DNA from: Dehalococcoidia bacterium
GTDB lineage: Bacteria > Chloroflexota > Dehalococcoidia > SM23-28-2 > HRBIN24
Assembly: GCA_025062275.1 (NCBI GenBank)
Contig: JANXAP010000020.1
Location: forward strand, 19,882 to 83,881
Length of the DNA stretch: 64,000 bases
Direction: 5' to 3'
Shown here piece by piece: positions 18,560 through 28,241 of the stretch. The notes beneath the pieces were generated by a model. It worked only from the letters and a program-made list of their open reading frames with translations, made no database searches and was not told the DNA's origin. The position numbers and the translations under genes were made by a program. How positions within the stretch are numbered: the stretch's first letter is position 1; the number at the start of each line of letters is the position of its first letter.

Positions 18560-19543
18560 TCAGTCGGGGTAGCCGTCGGGGTGGGCCAGATGCCACTCCC
18601 AGGCCGAGGCCACCATCTCTTCCAGGGAGGTGTGCCGCGGCTGCCAGCCCAGCACCTCCCTCGCTCGCTGGGCCGAGGCCACCAGCACCGGCGGGTCACC
18701 GGGCCGCTGGGCCTCCCAGCGGACGGGAATGGGGTGTCCCGTCACCCGCCGGGCAGTTTCCACTACCTGCAGATTGGAGAACCCCTGCCCCGTGCCCAGG
18801 TTTAGGGCGCCGCTCTGGCCCTCTCGGGCCAGGTGCTCCAGGGCCAGCACATGGGCACGGGCCAGGTCGACGACGTGGACGTAGTCGCGAACGCAGGTGC
18901 CATCGACGGTGGGGTACTCGGAGCCGTATATAGGCACCGCCTCCATCTGCCCCAGGGCCACCTGCAGCACCCTGGGTATCAGGTGGGTCTCGGGACGGTG
19001 GTCCTCCCCCAGGCGGCCGGCGGCCCCGGCTGCGTTGAAGTAGCGCAGGCTCATGTAGCGCAGGCCGTGGGCGGCCTGATACCAGGGCAGCAACCGCTCC
19101 ACCAGCGCCTTGGACTCGCCATACGGGTTGATGGGGCGTATGGGCATGTCTTCAGTCAGGGGCATCTCATCGGGGGCGCCGTAGACAGCGGCGCTGGAGC
19201 TGAACACGAACAGCCCCACGTCATGGGCCACGCACGCGTTCAGCAAGCAGATGGCGCTGCCCACGTTGTTGGCGAAGTAGCGGCCCGGATGGAGCACCGA
19301 CTCGCTGGCCACCGTATAGGCGGCGAAGTGCATGACAGCGTCCAGCCGTCGGGCCGAGAAGACCTTGCCCAGGGCCTCGTCGTCGCGGGCGTCGGCCACC
19401 ACCAGCTCCGCATCGGGCGGCACGGCCGAGGCATGCCCGCTCACCAGAGAGTCCAGAACCACCACCTCATAGCCCTGGGCCAGCAGCTCCTGCACCGCGA
19501 AGGAGCCGACGTAGCCCGCCCCGCCCACCACCAGCACCCGCAT
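18560..19543 (-). CDS. galE: UDP-glucose 4-epimerase
   Basis: GGAGYVGS Rossmann motif and YGESK catalytic motif. Confidence 0.9.
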   Translation of the reverse strand: MRVLVVGGAGYVGSFAVQELLAQGYEVVVLDSLVSGHASAVPPDAELVVADARDDEALGKVFSARRLDAVMHFAAYTVASESVLHPGRYFANNVGSAICLLNACVAHDVGLFVFSSSAAVYGAPDEMPLTEDMPIRPINPYGESKALVERLLPWYQAAHGLRYMSLRYFNAAGAAGRLGEDHRPETHLIPRVLQVALGQMEAVPIYGSEYPTVDGTCVRDYVHVVDLARAHVLALEHLAREGQSGALNLGTGQGFSNLQVVETARRVTGHPIPVRWEAQRPGDPPVLVASAQRAREVLGWQPRHTSLEEMVASAWEWHLAHPDGYPD

Positions 19544-19553
19544 GGCCGCCAGT

Positions 19554-20816
19554 TTACTCCTCGAAGCGCTTGAAGACCAGACAGGCGTTCTGTCCGCCGA
19601 AGCCGAAGGAGTTCTTCAGGGCTACCCGCACGTCCGCCCGACGGGGCTGATTGGGCACGTAGTCCAGGTCGCACTCGGGGTCTGGATACTCGTAGTTGAC
19701 GGTGGGGTGGACCCAGCCGGCCTCGATGCTTTTGACGACGGCGACGCTCTCCACCGCGCCCGCCGCCCCGAAGCAGTGGCCGATCATGGACTTGGTGGAG
19801 CTGATGGGTATGCGGTAGGCACGCTCGCCGAAGACCTTCTTGATGGCCAGGGTCTCGATGGCGTCGTTCAGGGGGGTGGAAGTGCCGTGGGCATTTATGT
19901 AGTCCACCTCGTCGGGGGCCACGCCCGCATCGGCCAGGGCCAGGCGCATGCAGCGCACGGCCCCGTCGCCGTCGGCACAGGGTGCCACGATGTGGTAGGC
20001 ATCGGCGGTGGCGGCGTAGCCTGCCAGCTCGGCCAGGATGGGGGCGCCGCGGGCAAGGGCATGCTCCAGGCTCTCCAGCACGAAGATGGCTGCCCCCTCG
20101 GCGGCCACGAAGCCGTCCCGCTTGGCATCGAAGGGGCGGCTCGCCTTCTGGGGAGGCTCGTTCTGGGTGGAGAGGGCTCGCATGACAGCGAAGCCGGCCA
20201 GCCCCAGCTCGCACAGGGCGGCCTCCGCCCCGCCGGTTATGACCACGTCGGCCCTGCCGCTGCGGATCAGCTCCAGGGCATCGCCCATGGCCTGAGTGGC
20301 GGCGGCGCAGGCGGTGGTCACCGTATTGTTATAGCCCTTGAGGCCGAACTGCATGGCCACGTGGGCGGCGGCCATGTTGGGCAGCATCTTGGCCATGAAG
20401 AAGGGGTCCAGCCTCATGCCCCCTCTCTCGATGACGGTGCGCATCCCCTCGTCCACATTGGGGAAGCCACCGATGCCCACCCCCAGCAGCACGCCGATGC
20501 GCTCTCGGTCCTCCCGCTCCAGCTTCAGGCCGGCCCCCTCGATGGCCTGACGGGCGGCGGCCACGGCGAACTGGGAGAAGCGGGCCATGCGCCGCGCCTC
20601 CCTGCGGTCCATATAGTCCTCGGGGTCGAAGCCCTTCACCTCGCCGGCGATGCGGGCAGGATAGTTGGACGCGTCGAACTGGGTCAGGTAGTCGATGCCC
20701 GAACGCCCCTCCAGACACCCCTGCCAGAACTCCTCCACCGAGTTGCCCAGGGGGGTGATGGCGCCCATGCCCGTAATGACGGCCCGGCGCCGCTGCTCGC
20801 GCCTCATCCTTTTCAC
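19554..20816 (-). CDS. fabF: beta-ketoacyl-ACP synthase II
   Basis: KAS II catalytic triad context (CAAATQA, HGTSTPLND, GHCFGAAG). Confidence 0.9.
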   Translation of the reverse strand: MKRMRREQRRRAVITGMGAITPLGNSVEEFWQGCLEGRSGIDYLTQFDASNYPARIAGEVKGFDPEDYMDRREARRMARFSQFAVAAARQAIEGAGLKLEREDRERIGVLLGVGIGGFPNVDEGMRTVIERGGMRLDPFFMAKMLPNMAAAHVAMQFGLKGYNNTVTTACAAATQAMGDALELIRSGRADVVITGGAEAALCELGLAGFAVMRALSTQNEPPQKASRPFDAKRDGFVAAEGAAIFVLESLEHALARGAPILAELAGYAATADAYHIVAPCADGDGAVRCMRLALADAGVAPDEVDYINAHGTSTPLNDAIETLAIKKVFGERAYRIPISSTKSMIGHCFGAAGAVESVAVVKSIEAGWVHPTVNYEYPDPECDLDYVPNQPRRADVRVALKNSFGFGGQNACLVFKRFEE

Positions 20817-22147
20817 CTCGCTCTTTTGGCCAACAAGGGCCGGCGGCCTTCAGCCACGAAGGCCAGCGAGCCTGTCAGACATATTAAAGCCCTCCCGCCG
20901 CTTATGGCCAACGCCCGGCCCAGGGCATCTTCGGCGCTGCGGGCCTGGTAGACGGTGCAGCCCGCCTCAGCAAAGGCCGACGCGACCCTGTCGGCGGGCA
21001 TGGCACGCGGATGGTCGAAGGGCGCTGCGATGACGGCCGCGGCGATGGGCGCCAGCTCCCGGGCCATGCCGACGATGTCCTTGTCGGCCAGGGTGCCTAC
21101 CACCAGCACCACCCCTTGCGCCGCGAAGTGTTCCTCCAGCGCCTGCCGCAGACGCCGGGCTGAGTCGCCGTTGTGGGCCCCGTCGGCCACCACCAGGGGG
21201 TCGCGGGAGAGGACCTCCAGCCGCCCGGGCCAGGCGACCTTCGCCAGCCCGCGGGCGATAGCCTCCCCGTCCACCGGCAATCCCTGGCGGGCCAGCGAAT
21301 GGGCCACGGCCACAGCGGTGGCCGCGTTCTCCACCTGGTGCGTCCCCAGCAGGGGCAGACGGGCCTCCAGGGAGCCGCCCTCCCACTCCAGTCGGAAGCG
21401 CTGACCGTCGATGTCCCGCTCCAAGACTCGCCAGCGATAGCGAACGGCCACGTCCACCGTTTCCACGCCGGCGGCAGCTGCCGCCTGCAGGCAGACCTCC
21501 TTGGCCTCGGCGTAGCCCTGGGGAGCCAGGACCAGCGGCCCCGGCGGCCGCACGATGGCCGCCTTCTCGCGGGCGATGGCGGCGGGCGTATCGCCGAGGA
21601 TGGCCGTGTGCTCCAGACTGATGGGGGTGATGACCGAGGCCTCCTTGCGGGGGAAGACGTTGGTGCTGTCCACCCTGCCCCCCAGCCCCACCTCCACTAC
21701 CTGCACCTGGACCCGGTGCTGGCGGAAGGCCAGGAACCCGATGGCCGTCAGCAGGTCAAAGGTCACCAGCTGACGGCCCGGCAGGGAGGGCATGACCGCC
21801 TCGGCGGCGGCCAGCACATCAGCGGCGTGGCGGGAGAATTCCTCCTCGGATATGGGCTGGCCGTCGATGCGCACCCGTTCGCAGTAGGAGTCCAGATGGG
21901 GGCTGGTGTAGAGGCCGGTGCGCAGTCCAGCCTGGCGCAGGACCGACTCCACCATGGCGGCCACGCTGCCCTTGCCCTTGCTACCGGTGATGTGCACCGT
22001 GACCCGACCCAGGTGGGGGTCGCCCAGGCGAGACAGCAGGGCCAGCACCGGTGCCACATCGGGGCGGTCGGCGAAGCGCCCCGACCGCTCGAAGTCGGCG
22101 TAGGCCAGCAGCGCCTCGATGGCCTGCCGGTAATCGAGGTCGGGCAT
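20813..22147 (-). CDS. folC: folylpolyglutamate synthase / dihydrofolate synthase
   Basis: Mur-ligase P-loop HITGSKGKGS and FolC fold; real start is Met48 of the track ORF (ATG 22145-22147) overlapping the upstream stop. Confidence 0.85.
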   Translation of the reverse strand: MPDLDYRQAIEALLAYADFERSGRFADRPDVAPVLALLSRLGDPHLGRVTVHITGSKGKGSVAAMVESVLRQAGLRTGLYTSPHLDSYCERVRIDGQPISEEEFSRHAADVLAAAEAVMPSLPGRQLVTFDLLTAIGFLAFRQHRVQVQVVEVGLGGRVDSTNVFPRKEASVITPISLEHTAILGDTPAAIAREKAAIVRPPGPLVLAPQGYAEAKEVCLQAAAAAGVETVDVAVRYRWRVLERDIDGQRFRLEWEGGSLEARLPLLGTHQVENAATAVAVAHSLARQGLPVDGEAIARGLAKVAWPGRLEVLSRDPLVVADGAHNGDSARRLRQALEEHFAAQGVVLVVGTLADKDIVGMARELAPIAAAVIAAPFDHPRAMPADRVASAFAEAGCTVYQARSAEDALGRALAISGGRALICLTGSLAFVAEGRRPLLAKRAR

Positions 22148-22923
22148 CAGCCGTGGAAGCGCGGCTCCCTCTTCTCGAAGAAGGCCCGCACCGCCTCTCG
22201 GAAGGGTTCGGCCTGCATGGCGGCGACAAACTCCTCTCCCTCGCGCCGCTGCACGTTCCGCAGGTCGGGATCCCACAGGTTGGCCCACACCAGGCGCTTG
22301 ATGGCGCTGAGGGTAGGGGCGGGGTTGAAGGCGATCTCGGCCGCCTTGGCCACCGCCGCCTCCAGCAGCCGCTCATGGGGCACGACAGCGTTGACCAGGC
22401 CCATGCGGAGGGCCTCCTCGGCCTCCACGAAGCGGCCGGTGAGCATCATCTCCAGGGCATTGGTGATGCCCACGATGTGGGCCAGCAGCTTGGTGCTGGC
22501 CAGCTCCGGAACCAGCCCCAGCCGAACGAAGCGCATCGACAGGCGTGCCTGCTCCGATGCGATGCGCACGTCGCAGGGCAGCGTTATGGTCAGGCCGGCG
22601 CCCACAGCGTAGCCATTGATGGCACAGACGATGGGCTTGGACTGCTGGACGAACTCCACCCAGTTGGCCAGAGCGCTCACGCCGAACCGCTCGCCGCCCT
22701 CGGCCACCGCCCGGAAGCCCTGAAAGTCGGCGCCGGAGCAGAAGGCCCGGCCGGTGCCCGTGAGGACGATGGCCCCCACCTCCGGGTCGGCATTGAACTC
22801 CTCCAGCGCCTGACGCATTTCGTCGGTCATGGGGCGGCCCAGGGAATTGAGTCGCTGGGGACGATTGAGGGTGACGATGCCCACCCGACCTTGCTTTTCG
22901 ACGATGACCTCCTGATAGGCCAT
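22147..22923 (-). CDS. enoyl-CoA hydratase/isomerase (crotonase) family protein
   Basis: Crotonase motifs (AFCSGADF, INGYAVGAG); start at Met36 of the track ORF. Confidence 0.85.
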   Translation of the reverse strand: MAYQEVIVEKQGRVGIVTLNRPQRLNSLGRPMTDEMRQALEEFNADPEVGAIVLTGTGRAFCSGADFQGFRAVAEGGERFGVSALANWVEFVQQSKPIVCAINGYAVGAGLTITLPCDVRIASEQARLSMRFVRLGLVPELASTKLLAHIVGITNALEMMLTGRFVEAEEALRMGLVNAVVPHERLLEAAVAKAAEIAFNPAPTLSAIKRLVWANLWDPDLRNVQRREGEEFVAAMQAEPFREAVRAFFEKREPRFHG

Positions 22924-22975
22924 GGCTACCCCCTTTAGCCCTCGACTGCCTGCGGGACTTATAATACATGTCCGC

Positions 22976-23698
22976 ATGGTCGCGGGTAACGGCGCCCGCC
23001 AACGGCTGGAGGCGGCCCTGGGCGACAAGTGGCGCTGGGCCGAGGGGCACCCCCTGGCCCGACTCCAGGGCCGCAGCCTGGGGGGCCTGCGACTGGCCGT
23101 CTTCCTGGGGCCGACGGGTGCCGTGGGCTCCCGCTACTTCCAGCTCTTTGCCCTGGACCGGGAGGGTCGCCCCAGTGCTGCCCCCCTCGCCCTGGGCCTC
23201 TACAACGCCGGCCGCTTCCCCGCCTACAACTGGGTGGATCTGGTGCGCTACCTGCCCCGTGTGCGCTTCGACGGGCGGGAAGAGTCCCTGGCCGAGGGGG
23301 GCCGAGAGGCCCGGCTTTTCCGCCTGCTGGGATCCCTGGTGCCACCCGGCGGCAGCCTGATGGTCGAATACGACTCGCCGGAGCATGCCCTCACAGCTCG
23401 GGTGCTATCCCAGGGCTATCCTCCCCCGTGCTCCCCCCTGGGATACTCCCTGCTGACAGCCGGCTGCCTGTCGTTCCGCGACTGGTACATCGCCGAAGGG
23501 GGCAGGGAGGGGCCACGCAAGCTGCAGGGCTTCAAGCCGCTGGACAGCGAGACGGCCAGGGAGCGGGCCGCCTCGCTGGCCGGCGCCATCCGCCAGGCCC
23601 TGGACCGCGCTGCCCGGGGCGGAAACGACGAGGCCGTCAGGACGGCCTACCGTCTGGGCAAGCGCGCCCTGGCCCTGCTGGGCCGCCTCTTTCCTTGA
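22976..23698 (+). CDS. conserved hypothetical protein
   Basis: Track ORF trimmed to the first internal ATG downstream of the divergent crotonase start; no confident domain. Confidence 0.45.
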   Translation: MVAGNGARQRLEAALGDKWRWAEGHPLARLQGRSLGGLRLAVFLGPTGAVGSRYFQLFALDREGRPSAAPLALGLYNAGRFPAYNWVDLVRYLPRVRFDGREESLAEGGREARLFRLLGSLVPPGGSLMVEYDSPEHALTARVLSQGYPPPCSPLGYSLLTAGCLSFRDWYIAEGGREGPRKLQGFKPLDSETARERAASLAGAIRQALDRAARGGNDEAVRTAYRLGKRALALLGRLFP

Positions 23699-23699
23699 C

Positions 23700-23735
23700 G
23701 CCCGCAAGGCACGGGGCCTAACATGGGGGGCGGTG
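23700..23735 (+). promoter_or_regulatory. candidate promoter (TTGACG-N17/18-TAACAT) upstream of fbp
   Basis: Consensus-like -35 with a plausible -10; ~50 nt upstream of the GGGAGGTG RBS and ATG 23785. Confidence 0.3.
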
Positions 23736-23784
23736 TGGGCGGAGCCTGCGGGGCAGGCAAGAAAACCAGGGAGGTGCGGCGAAA

Positions 23785-24879
23785 ATGGTCACCATCAGCG
23801 TCATCAAGGCCGACGTTGGCGGTTTCGTGGGCCATTCGGCCTCCCACCCCGACGTCCTCGACACGGGGCGGGAGGAGCTGGAGCGGGCCAAGCAGCGCGG
23901 ACTCCTCATCGACTACCACGTCAGCTACTGCGGCGATGACATGTTCCTGATCATGACCCACGACCGCGGCGAGGACAACGAAGAGGTTCACCGCCTGGCC
24001 TGGGACACCTTTCTCAAGGCCACAGACGTGGCCAAGAAGCTGAAGCTGTACGGCGCCGGCCAGGACCTCCTGGCCGACGCCTTTTCCGGCAACATCCGCG
24101 GGGCGGGGCCTGGCTCGGCCGAAATGACCATAGAGGAGCGCCCCTCGGAGCCTATCCTGGTGTTCATGGGCGACAAAACCTCGGCCGGCGCCTTCAACCT
24201 GCCCCTCTACAAGATGTTCGCAGACCCCTTCAACACCCCCGGCCTGGTCATCAGCGACCCACTGCACCACGGCTTCACCTTCGAGGTTCACGACGTCAAG
24301 GAACACAAGAAGATCATGCTCAACGCCCCGGAGGAGATCTACGACATGCTCATCTTCCTGGGGGCGCCCTCCCGCTACGCCGTGAAGCGGGTGTTCAACC
24401 GCTCCACCGGCAACATCGCCGCCGTGTCCAGCACCGACAAGCTCTCCCTCATCGCCGGTCGCTACGTGGGCAAGGACGACCCCACCATGATCGTGCGTGC
24501 CCAGGGCGAGTTCCCGGCGGTGGGCGAGGTGCTGGAGCCCTTCACCAACCCCTTCATCGTGGAGGGGTGGATGCGCGGATCCCACCAGGGCCCCCTGATG
24601 CCCGTGTCCCTCAGGGACGCCCATCCCAGCCGCTTCGACGGCCCGTCGCGGCTGGTGTGCCTGGGCTTCCAGCTGGCCAACGGCAAGCTGGTGGGGCCGC
24701 GGGACATGTTCGACGACCCCGGCTTCGACGAGGCCCGGCGCAAGGCCAACGAGGTGGCCAACTACCTCCGCTCCCTGGGGCCCTTCGAGCCTCACCGCCT
24801 GCCCCTGGAGGAGATGGAGTACACCACTATGCCCATGGTGGCCGCCAAGCTAGCCGAGCGCTGGCAGCCCCTGGAGTAG
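23785..24879 (+). CDS. fbp: fructose-1,6-bisphosphate aldolase/phosphatase (archaeal-type class V FBPase)
   Basis: Hallmark N-terminus MVTISVIKADVGGFVGHS and full-length similarity to bifunctional FBP aldolase/phosphatase. Confidence 0.9.
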   Translation: MVTISVIKADVGGFVGHSASHPDVLDTGREELERAKQRGLLIDYHVSYCGDDMFLIMTHDRGEDNEEVHRLAWDTFLKATDVAKKLKLYGAGQDLLADAFSGNIRGAGPGSAEMTIEERPSEPILVFMGDKTSAGAFNLPLYKMFADPFNTPGLVISDPLHHGFTFEVHDVKEHKKIMLNAPEEIYDMLIFLGAPSRYAVKRVFNRSTGNIAAVSSTDKLSLIAGRYVGKDDPTMIVRAQGEFPAVGEVLEPFTNPFIVEGWMRGSHQGPLMPVSLRDAHPSRFDGPSRLVCLGFQLANGKLVGPRDMFDDPGFDEARRKANEVANYLRSLGPFEPHRLPLEEMEYTTMPMVAAKLAERWQPLE

Positions 24880-24887
24880 GTGGGAGA

Positions 24888-25508
24888 ATCGCCAGTCTCC
24901 TGCTGGCCACCAGCAATCAGGGCAAGCTGCGTGAGCTGCGGCAGCTGTTGGACGGCTGTGGCTGGCGAGTGCTCTCGCCGGCCGATGTGGGCATGGGGCC
25001 GGCCGACTTCCCCTCCGAGGGCGAGGACTCTTACCTCGACAATGCTATACTGAAGGCACAGACGGGGGCGCGCTTCAGCGGCCTCGTCTGCCTGGGGGAG
25101 GACTCGGGGCTGGAGGTGGACGCACTGGACGGGGCCCCCGGGCCGGCTTCGGCTGTTTTTCTGGGGCCACAGGCCACCTATGAGGAGCGCTTCCGCTATA
25201 TCCTGGGCAGGCTGGAGGGGCTTCCCGATTCCCGGCGCACGGCTCGGTTCCGCTGCCTTATGGCCGTGGCCGACCCGGTGAGCGGCAGGACGTGGACGGT
25301 GGAGGGCGTTTGCGAGGGCCTCATCGCCAGGGGGCCCAGGGGAACGGGAGGCTTCGGCTACGACCCCATCTTCTACCTCCCCACCCTCATGTCCACCATG
25401 GCCGAACTGCCGGAGCACCAGAAGAACATCGTCAGCCACCGGGCCAGGGCGGCCTGGCAGGTGCGCCAGGTGCTGAAGGAGCTGTTGCATGAGCACGCCC
25501 GAAGGTGA
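24888..25508 (+). CDS. rdgB: dITP/XTP pyrophosphatase (Ham1/RdgB family)
   Basis: LLLATSNQGKLRE N-terminal motif and Ham1 fold; no canonical in-frame start near the conserved N-terminus, so 5' end set at the ATC codon and is uncertain. Confidence 0.7.
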   Translation: MASLLLATSNQGKLRELRQLLDGCGWRVLSPADVGMGPADFPSEGEDSYLDNAILKAQTGARFSGLVCLGEDSGLEVDALDGAPGPASAVFLGPQATYEERFRYILGRLEGLPDSRRTARFRCLMAVADPVSGRTWTVEGVCEGLIARGPRGTGGFGYDPIFYLPTLMSTMAELPEHQKNIVSHRARAAWQVRQVLKELLHEHARR

Positions 25509-26577
25509 GCTGATCCCCCTCACCAGCGTCAGCGCCCGCCCGGCCGAGCTGCCGACTGCAGGCGGCCCCGGCCTCGTGGACCCGGTGGGCCGCAACATCT
25601 ACTACCTGCGCATATCCGTCACCGACCGCTGCAACCTGCGCTGCGTCTACTGCATGCCCGAGGAGGGGGTGCCCTGGCTGCCCAAGGAAGAGGTCCTGAC
25701 GCTGGAGGAGATCGCCCGCGTGGTGCGAGTGGCGGCGGAGATGGGCCTGCGCCGCGTCCGCCTAACTGGCGGCGAGCCGACGGTGCGCCGCGGCCTGGTG
25801 GACCTGGTGCGGTGGATCGCCTCCACCCCCGGCATCGAGGACGTGGCCATGACCACCAACGGCATCGCCCTGGCCTCCATGGCCGAAGACCTGGCCCGGG
25901 CCGGCCTGCGGCGAGTCAACGTCTCCCTGGACACCCTGCGCCCCGAGCGGTTCCGCGCCATCACCCGCTGGGGAGATATCGACGACGTGTTCGCCGGCAT
26001 CGAGGCCGCCCGTCGCGTCGGCCTGCGGCCCATCAAGCTCAACGTGGTGGTGATGAGGGGCATCAACGACGACGAGGTGGTGGACTTCGCCCGCACCACC
26101 CTGGAAGAGGACTGGGAGGTGCGCTTCATCGAACTGATGCCCTTCATGGACGAGGAGACCTCCTGCGCCAAAGGGGAGGGGGGCCTGGACCTCCAGTTCG
26201 TGCCCACGCGAGAGGTGCGGAGACGTATCGAGGCTGCCCTGGGCCCGCTGGAGCCGGCCGAGAGCGAGAGCGGCTCCGGCCCCGCCCGCTACTACCGTCT
26301 GCCAGGGGCGCGGGGGCTGATAGGCTTCATCAGTCCCCTCAGCGAGACCCACTTCTGTGCCAGTTGCAACCGCATGCGCCTGACGGCCGACGGCAAGATC
26401 CGCCCCTGCCTGCTCACCGACCACGAGGTGGACCTGAAGGGCGTGCTGCGCTCGGGCGCCGACGACGAGGCGCTGAAGGGGGCCATCCTGCTGGCGTTGC
26501 GCACGAAGCCCGACGCCCACCACCTGTGGGACGGCAACCGTCCCCGCTGGCGCAAGATGGTCCAGATCGGGGGCTAG
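25489..26577 (+). CDS. moaA: GTP 3',8-cyclase (radical SAM)
   Basis: CNLRCVYC radical-SAM cluster motif and C-terminal MoaA cysteine motif. Confidence 0.9.
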   Translation: MSTPEGELIPLTSVSARPAELPTAGGPGLVDPVGRNIYYLRISVTDRCNLRCVYCMPEEGVPWLPKEEVLTLEEIARVVRVAAEMGLRRVRLTGGEPTVRRGLVDLVRWIASTPGIEDVAMTTNGIALASMAEDLARAGLRRVNVSLDTLRPERFRAITRWGDIDDVFAGIEAARRVGLRPIKLNVVVMRGINDDEVVDFARTTLEEDWEVRFIELMPFMDEETSCAKGEGGLDLQFVPTREVRRRIEAALGPLEPAESESGSGPARYYRLPGARGLIGFISPLSETHFCASCNRMRLTADGKIRPCLLTDHEVDLKGVLRSGADDEALKGAILLALRTKPDAHHLWDGNRPRWRKMVQIGG

Positions 26578-26578
26578 C

Positions 26579-27067
26579 ATGGCCGATCAGGGCCGCCTCA
26601 CGCACCTGGACGAGGCGGGCCGCCCCCGCATGGTGGACATCACTGCCAAGGCCGAGACCCAGCGGGAGGCGGTGGCCAGGGGCCGGGTCCACCTGCAGCC
26701 CGAGACGCTGCGCCTCATCGCCTCGGGGCAGGTGGCCAAGGGCGACGTCCTCACCACAGCACGGCTCGCAGGCATCATGGCCGCCAAGCGCACCCACGAG
26801 CTCATCCCCCTCTGCCACCCCCTCCTGGTCACCGATGTGGAGGTGGACATCCGCCCGGACGAGGCAGCCAGCACCCTCGAGATCCAGGCGCAGGTGCGCA
26901 CCGCCGGCCGCACGGGCGTGGAGATGGAGGCGCTGGTGGCTGTGGCCGTGGCCGCCCTCACCGTCTACGACATGGTGAAGGCGGTGGACCGCGGCGCCCG
27001 CATATCGGACATTCGACTGGTCCGGAAGAGGGGAGGCAAGAGCGGCGAGCTGGTCCTGGAGGACTAG
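26579..27067 (+). CDS. moaC: cyclic pyranopterin monophosphate synthase
   Basis: MoaC signature ([15 protein letters not shown]...LIPLCHPL). Confidence 0.9.
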   Translation: MADQGRLTHLDEAGRPRMVDITAKAETQREAVARGRVHLQPETLRLIASGQVAKGDVLTTARLAGIMAAKRTHELIPLCHPLLVTDVEVDIRPDEAASTLEIQAQVRTAGRTGVEMEALVAVAVAALTVYDMVKAVDRGARISDIRLVRKRGGKSGELVLED

Positions 27068-27465
27068 CCCCGCCCCTCCTGGCGCTCCAGCAACAGCTCC
27101 ACCACCCTGGTCAGGGCACGGTAGGCCAGTAGCACGTACTCCCGCGGGTGCAGGTCCAGGGGCTTCAGCTCTTCCTTGCGGGTGGCCACCGGGTCGGCCG
27201 CCTCCTCGGGGAAGAGGGGCACCTCCTCGCCGATGACCAGCTCGTACAGCTCGCCGTCGGGCGCCAGGACGACGCAGCCACGGCCTCGGTCGCTGGCCAG
27301 CGGCTCGTCTATCTCTATGCCGTAGGTGAAGAAGGCCCCGGGGAAGGGGGGAAAGGGGTCGAGGCGGGCCACCGCCTCTTGCAGGAGCTGGCGGAGGCGG
27401 CGGGCCGTCCGCTCCAGCACCTCGTCAGCCTCGGCCTTCAGCTCCAGGGGGTCCAGGTCCCTCAT
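27064..27465 (-). CDS. hypothetical protein (133 aa)
   Basis: ATG with GAGG RBS; divergent from the HTH regulator; no domain recognised. Confidence 0.5.
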   Translation of the reverse strand: MRDLDPLELKAEADEVLERTARRLRQLLQEAVARLDPFPPFPGAFFTYGIEIDEPLASDRGRGCVVLAPDGELYELVIGEEVPLFPEEAADPVATRKEELKPLDLHPREYVLLAYRALTRVVELLLERQEGRG

Positions 27466-27490
27466 GGTAGCCTCAATTTAGAAAGAAGCA

Positions 27491-27519
27491 TTTAAGACAA
27501 TTGTCTAAAGTGATATAAT
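27491..27519 (+). promoter_or_regulatory. extended -10 promoter (TGnTATAAT) with a 12-bp perfect palindrome AGACAATTGTCT in the spacer
   Basis: AT-rich island in a 70% GC genome; TGATATAAT at 27511-27519; palindrome at 27495-27506; the ATG at 27529 lies ~3 nt from the predicted +1, suggesting a leaderless mRNA. Confidence 0.5.
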
Positions 27520-27528
27520 TTCCCTGGC

Positions 27529-28176
27529 ATGGGCAGCAACCTTTCTCTCCAGTCCACCCGCCAGGGCATCATCAACTACCTGCAGCGGGCCGGCCGAGCG
27601 ACGGTCAAGGAGCTGGGCCAGGCCCTGGGCCTCACCTCCACGGGCATCCGACAGCACCTGACGGTGCTGGAGAGGGACGGCCTGGTGACAGCCCGTGAGG
27701 AGCGGGGCCGGGTAGGCCGTCCCACCCTAGTATACTCCCTTACGGAGGCGGCCGAGGCCCTCTTCCCCAAGCGCTACGACGACCTGGCCCTGGCCCTGCT
27801 GGAGGAGGTGCGGGCTACCGAGGGCAACGAGCGCCTGCACCAGTTGCTGCGGCGCGTGGCGGCCCGAATGGCCGCCCAGTACCGCTCGCGCGTGGAGGGA
27901 CGACCGGTCCAGGAGAGGGTGGAGGAGACGGTCCGCATCATGCAGGAGCAGGGCTGCCTGGTGGAATGGCGGCAGGAGGGCGACCAGTTCTTCATCGACG
28001 AGTACACCTGCCCCTTCACCAGGGTTGCCCAGCATGACCCCGCCGTCTGCGCCCTGCATGTGGAGCTGGTGCGACTGCTGGTGGGCGCGGACACTCGCCT
28101 GGCTCAGAGCCTCCTGCGCGGCCAGAGGGCATGCACCTACCGGGTGCGGCCGCCTCTCGGGGCCGGCCTCGGTTAA
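27529..28176 (+). CDS. winged-helix (ArsR/SufR-like) transcriptional regulator with C-terminal Cys cluster
   Basis: HTH TVKELGQALGLTSTGIRQHLTVLERDGLV; C-terminal CPF...C...C...C motif; no SD sequence. Confidence 0.65.
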   Translation: MGSNLSLQSTRQGIINYLQRAGRATVKELGQALGLTSTGIRQHLTVLERDGLVTAREERGRVGRPTLVYSLTEAAEALFPKRYDDLALALLEEVRATEGNERLHQLLRRVAARMAAQYRSRVEGRPVQERVEETVRIMQEQGCLVEWRQEGDQFFIDEYTCPFTRVAQHDPAVCALHVELVRLLVGADTRLAQSLLRGQRACTYRVRPPLGAGLG

Positions 28177-28241
28177 CGCTCTCGCCTTTTCGCCCCAGCA
28201 GGCGTATCCTCGGTAACGCACTATCGCCGACAGGCGCAGGT

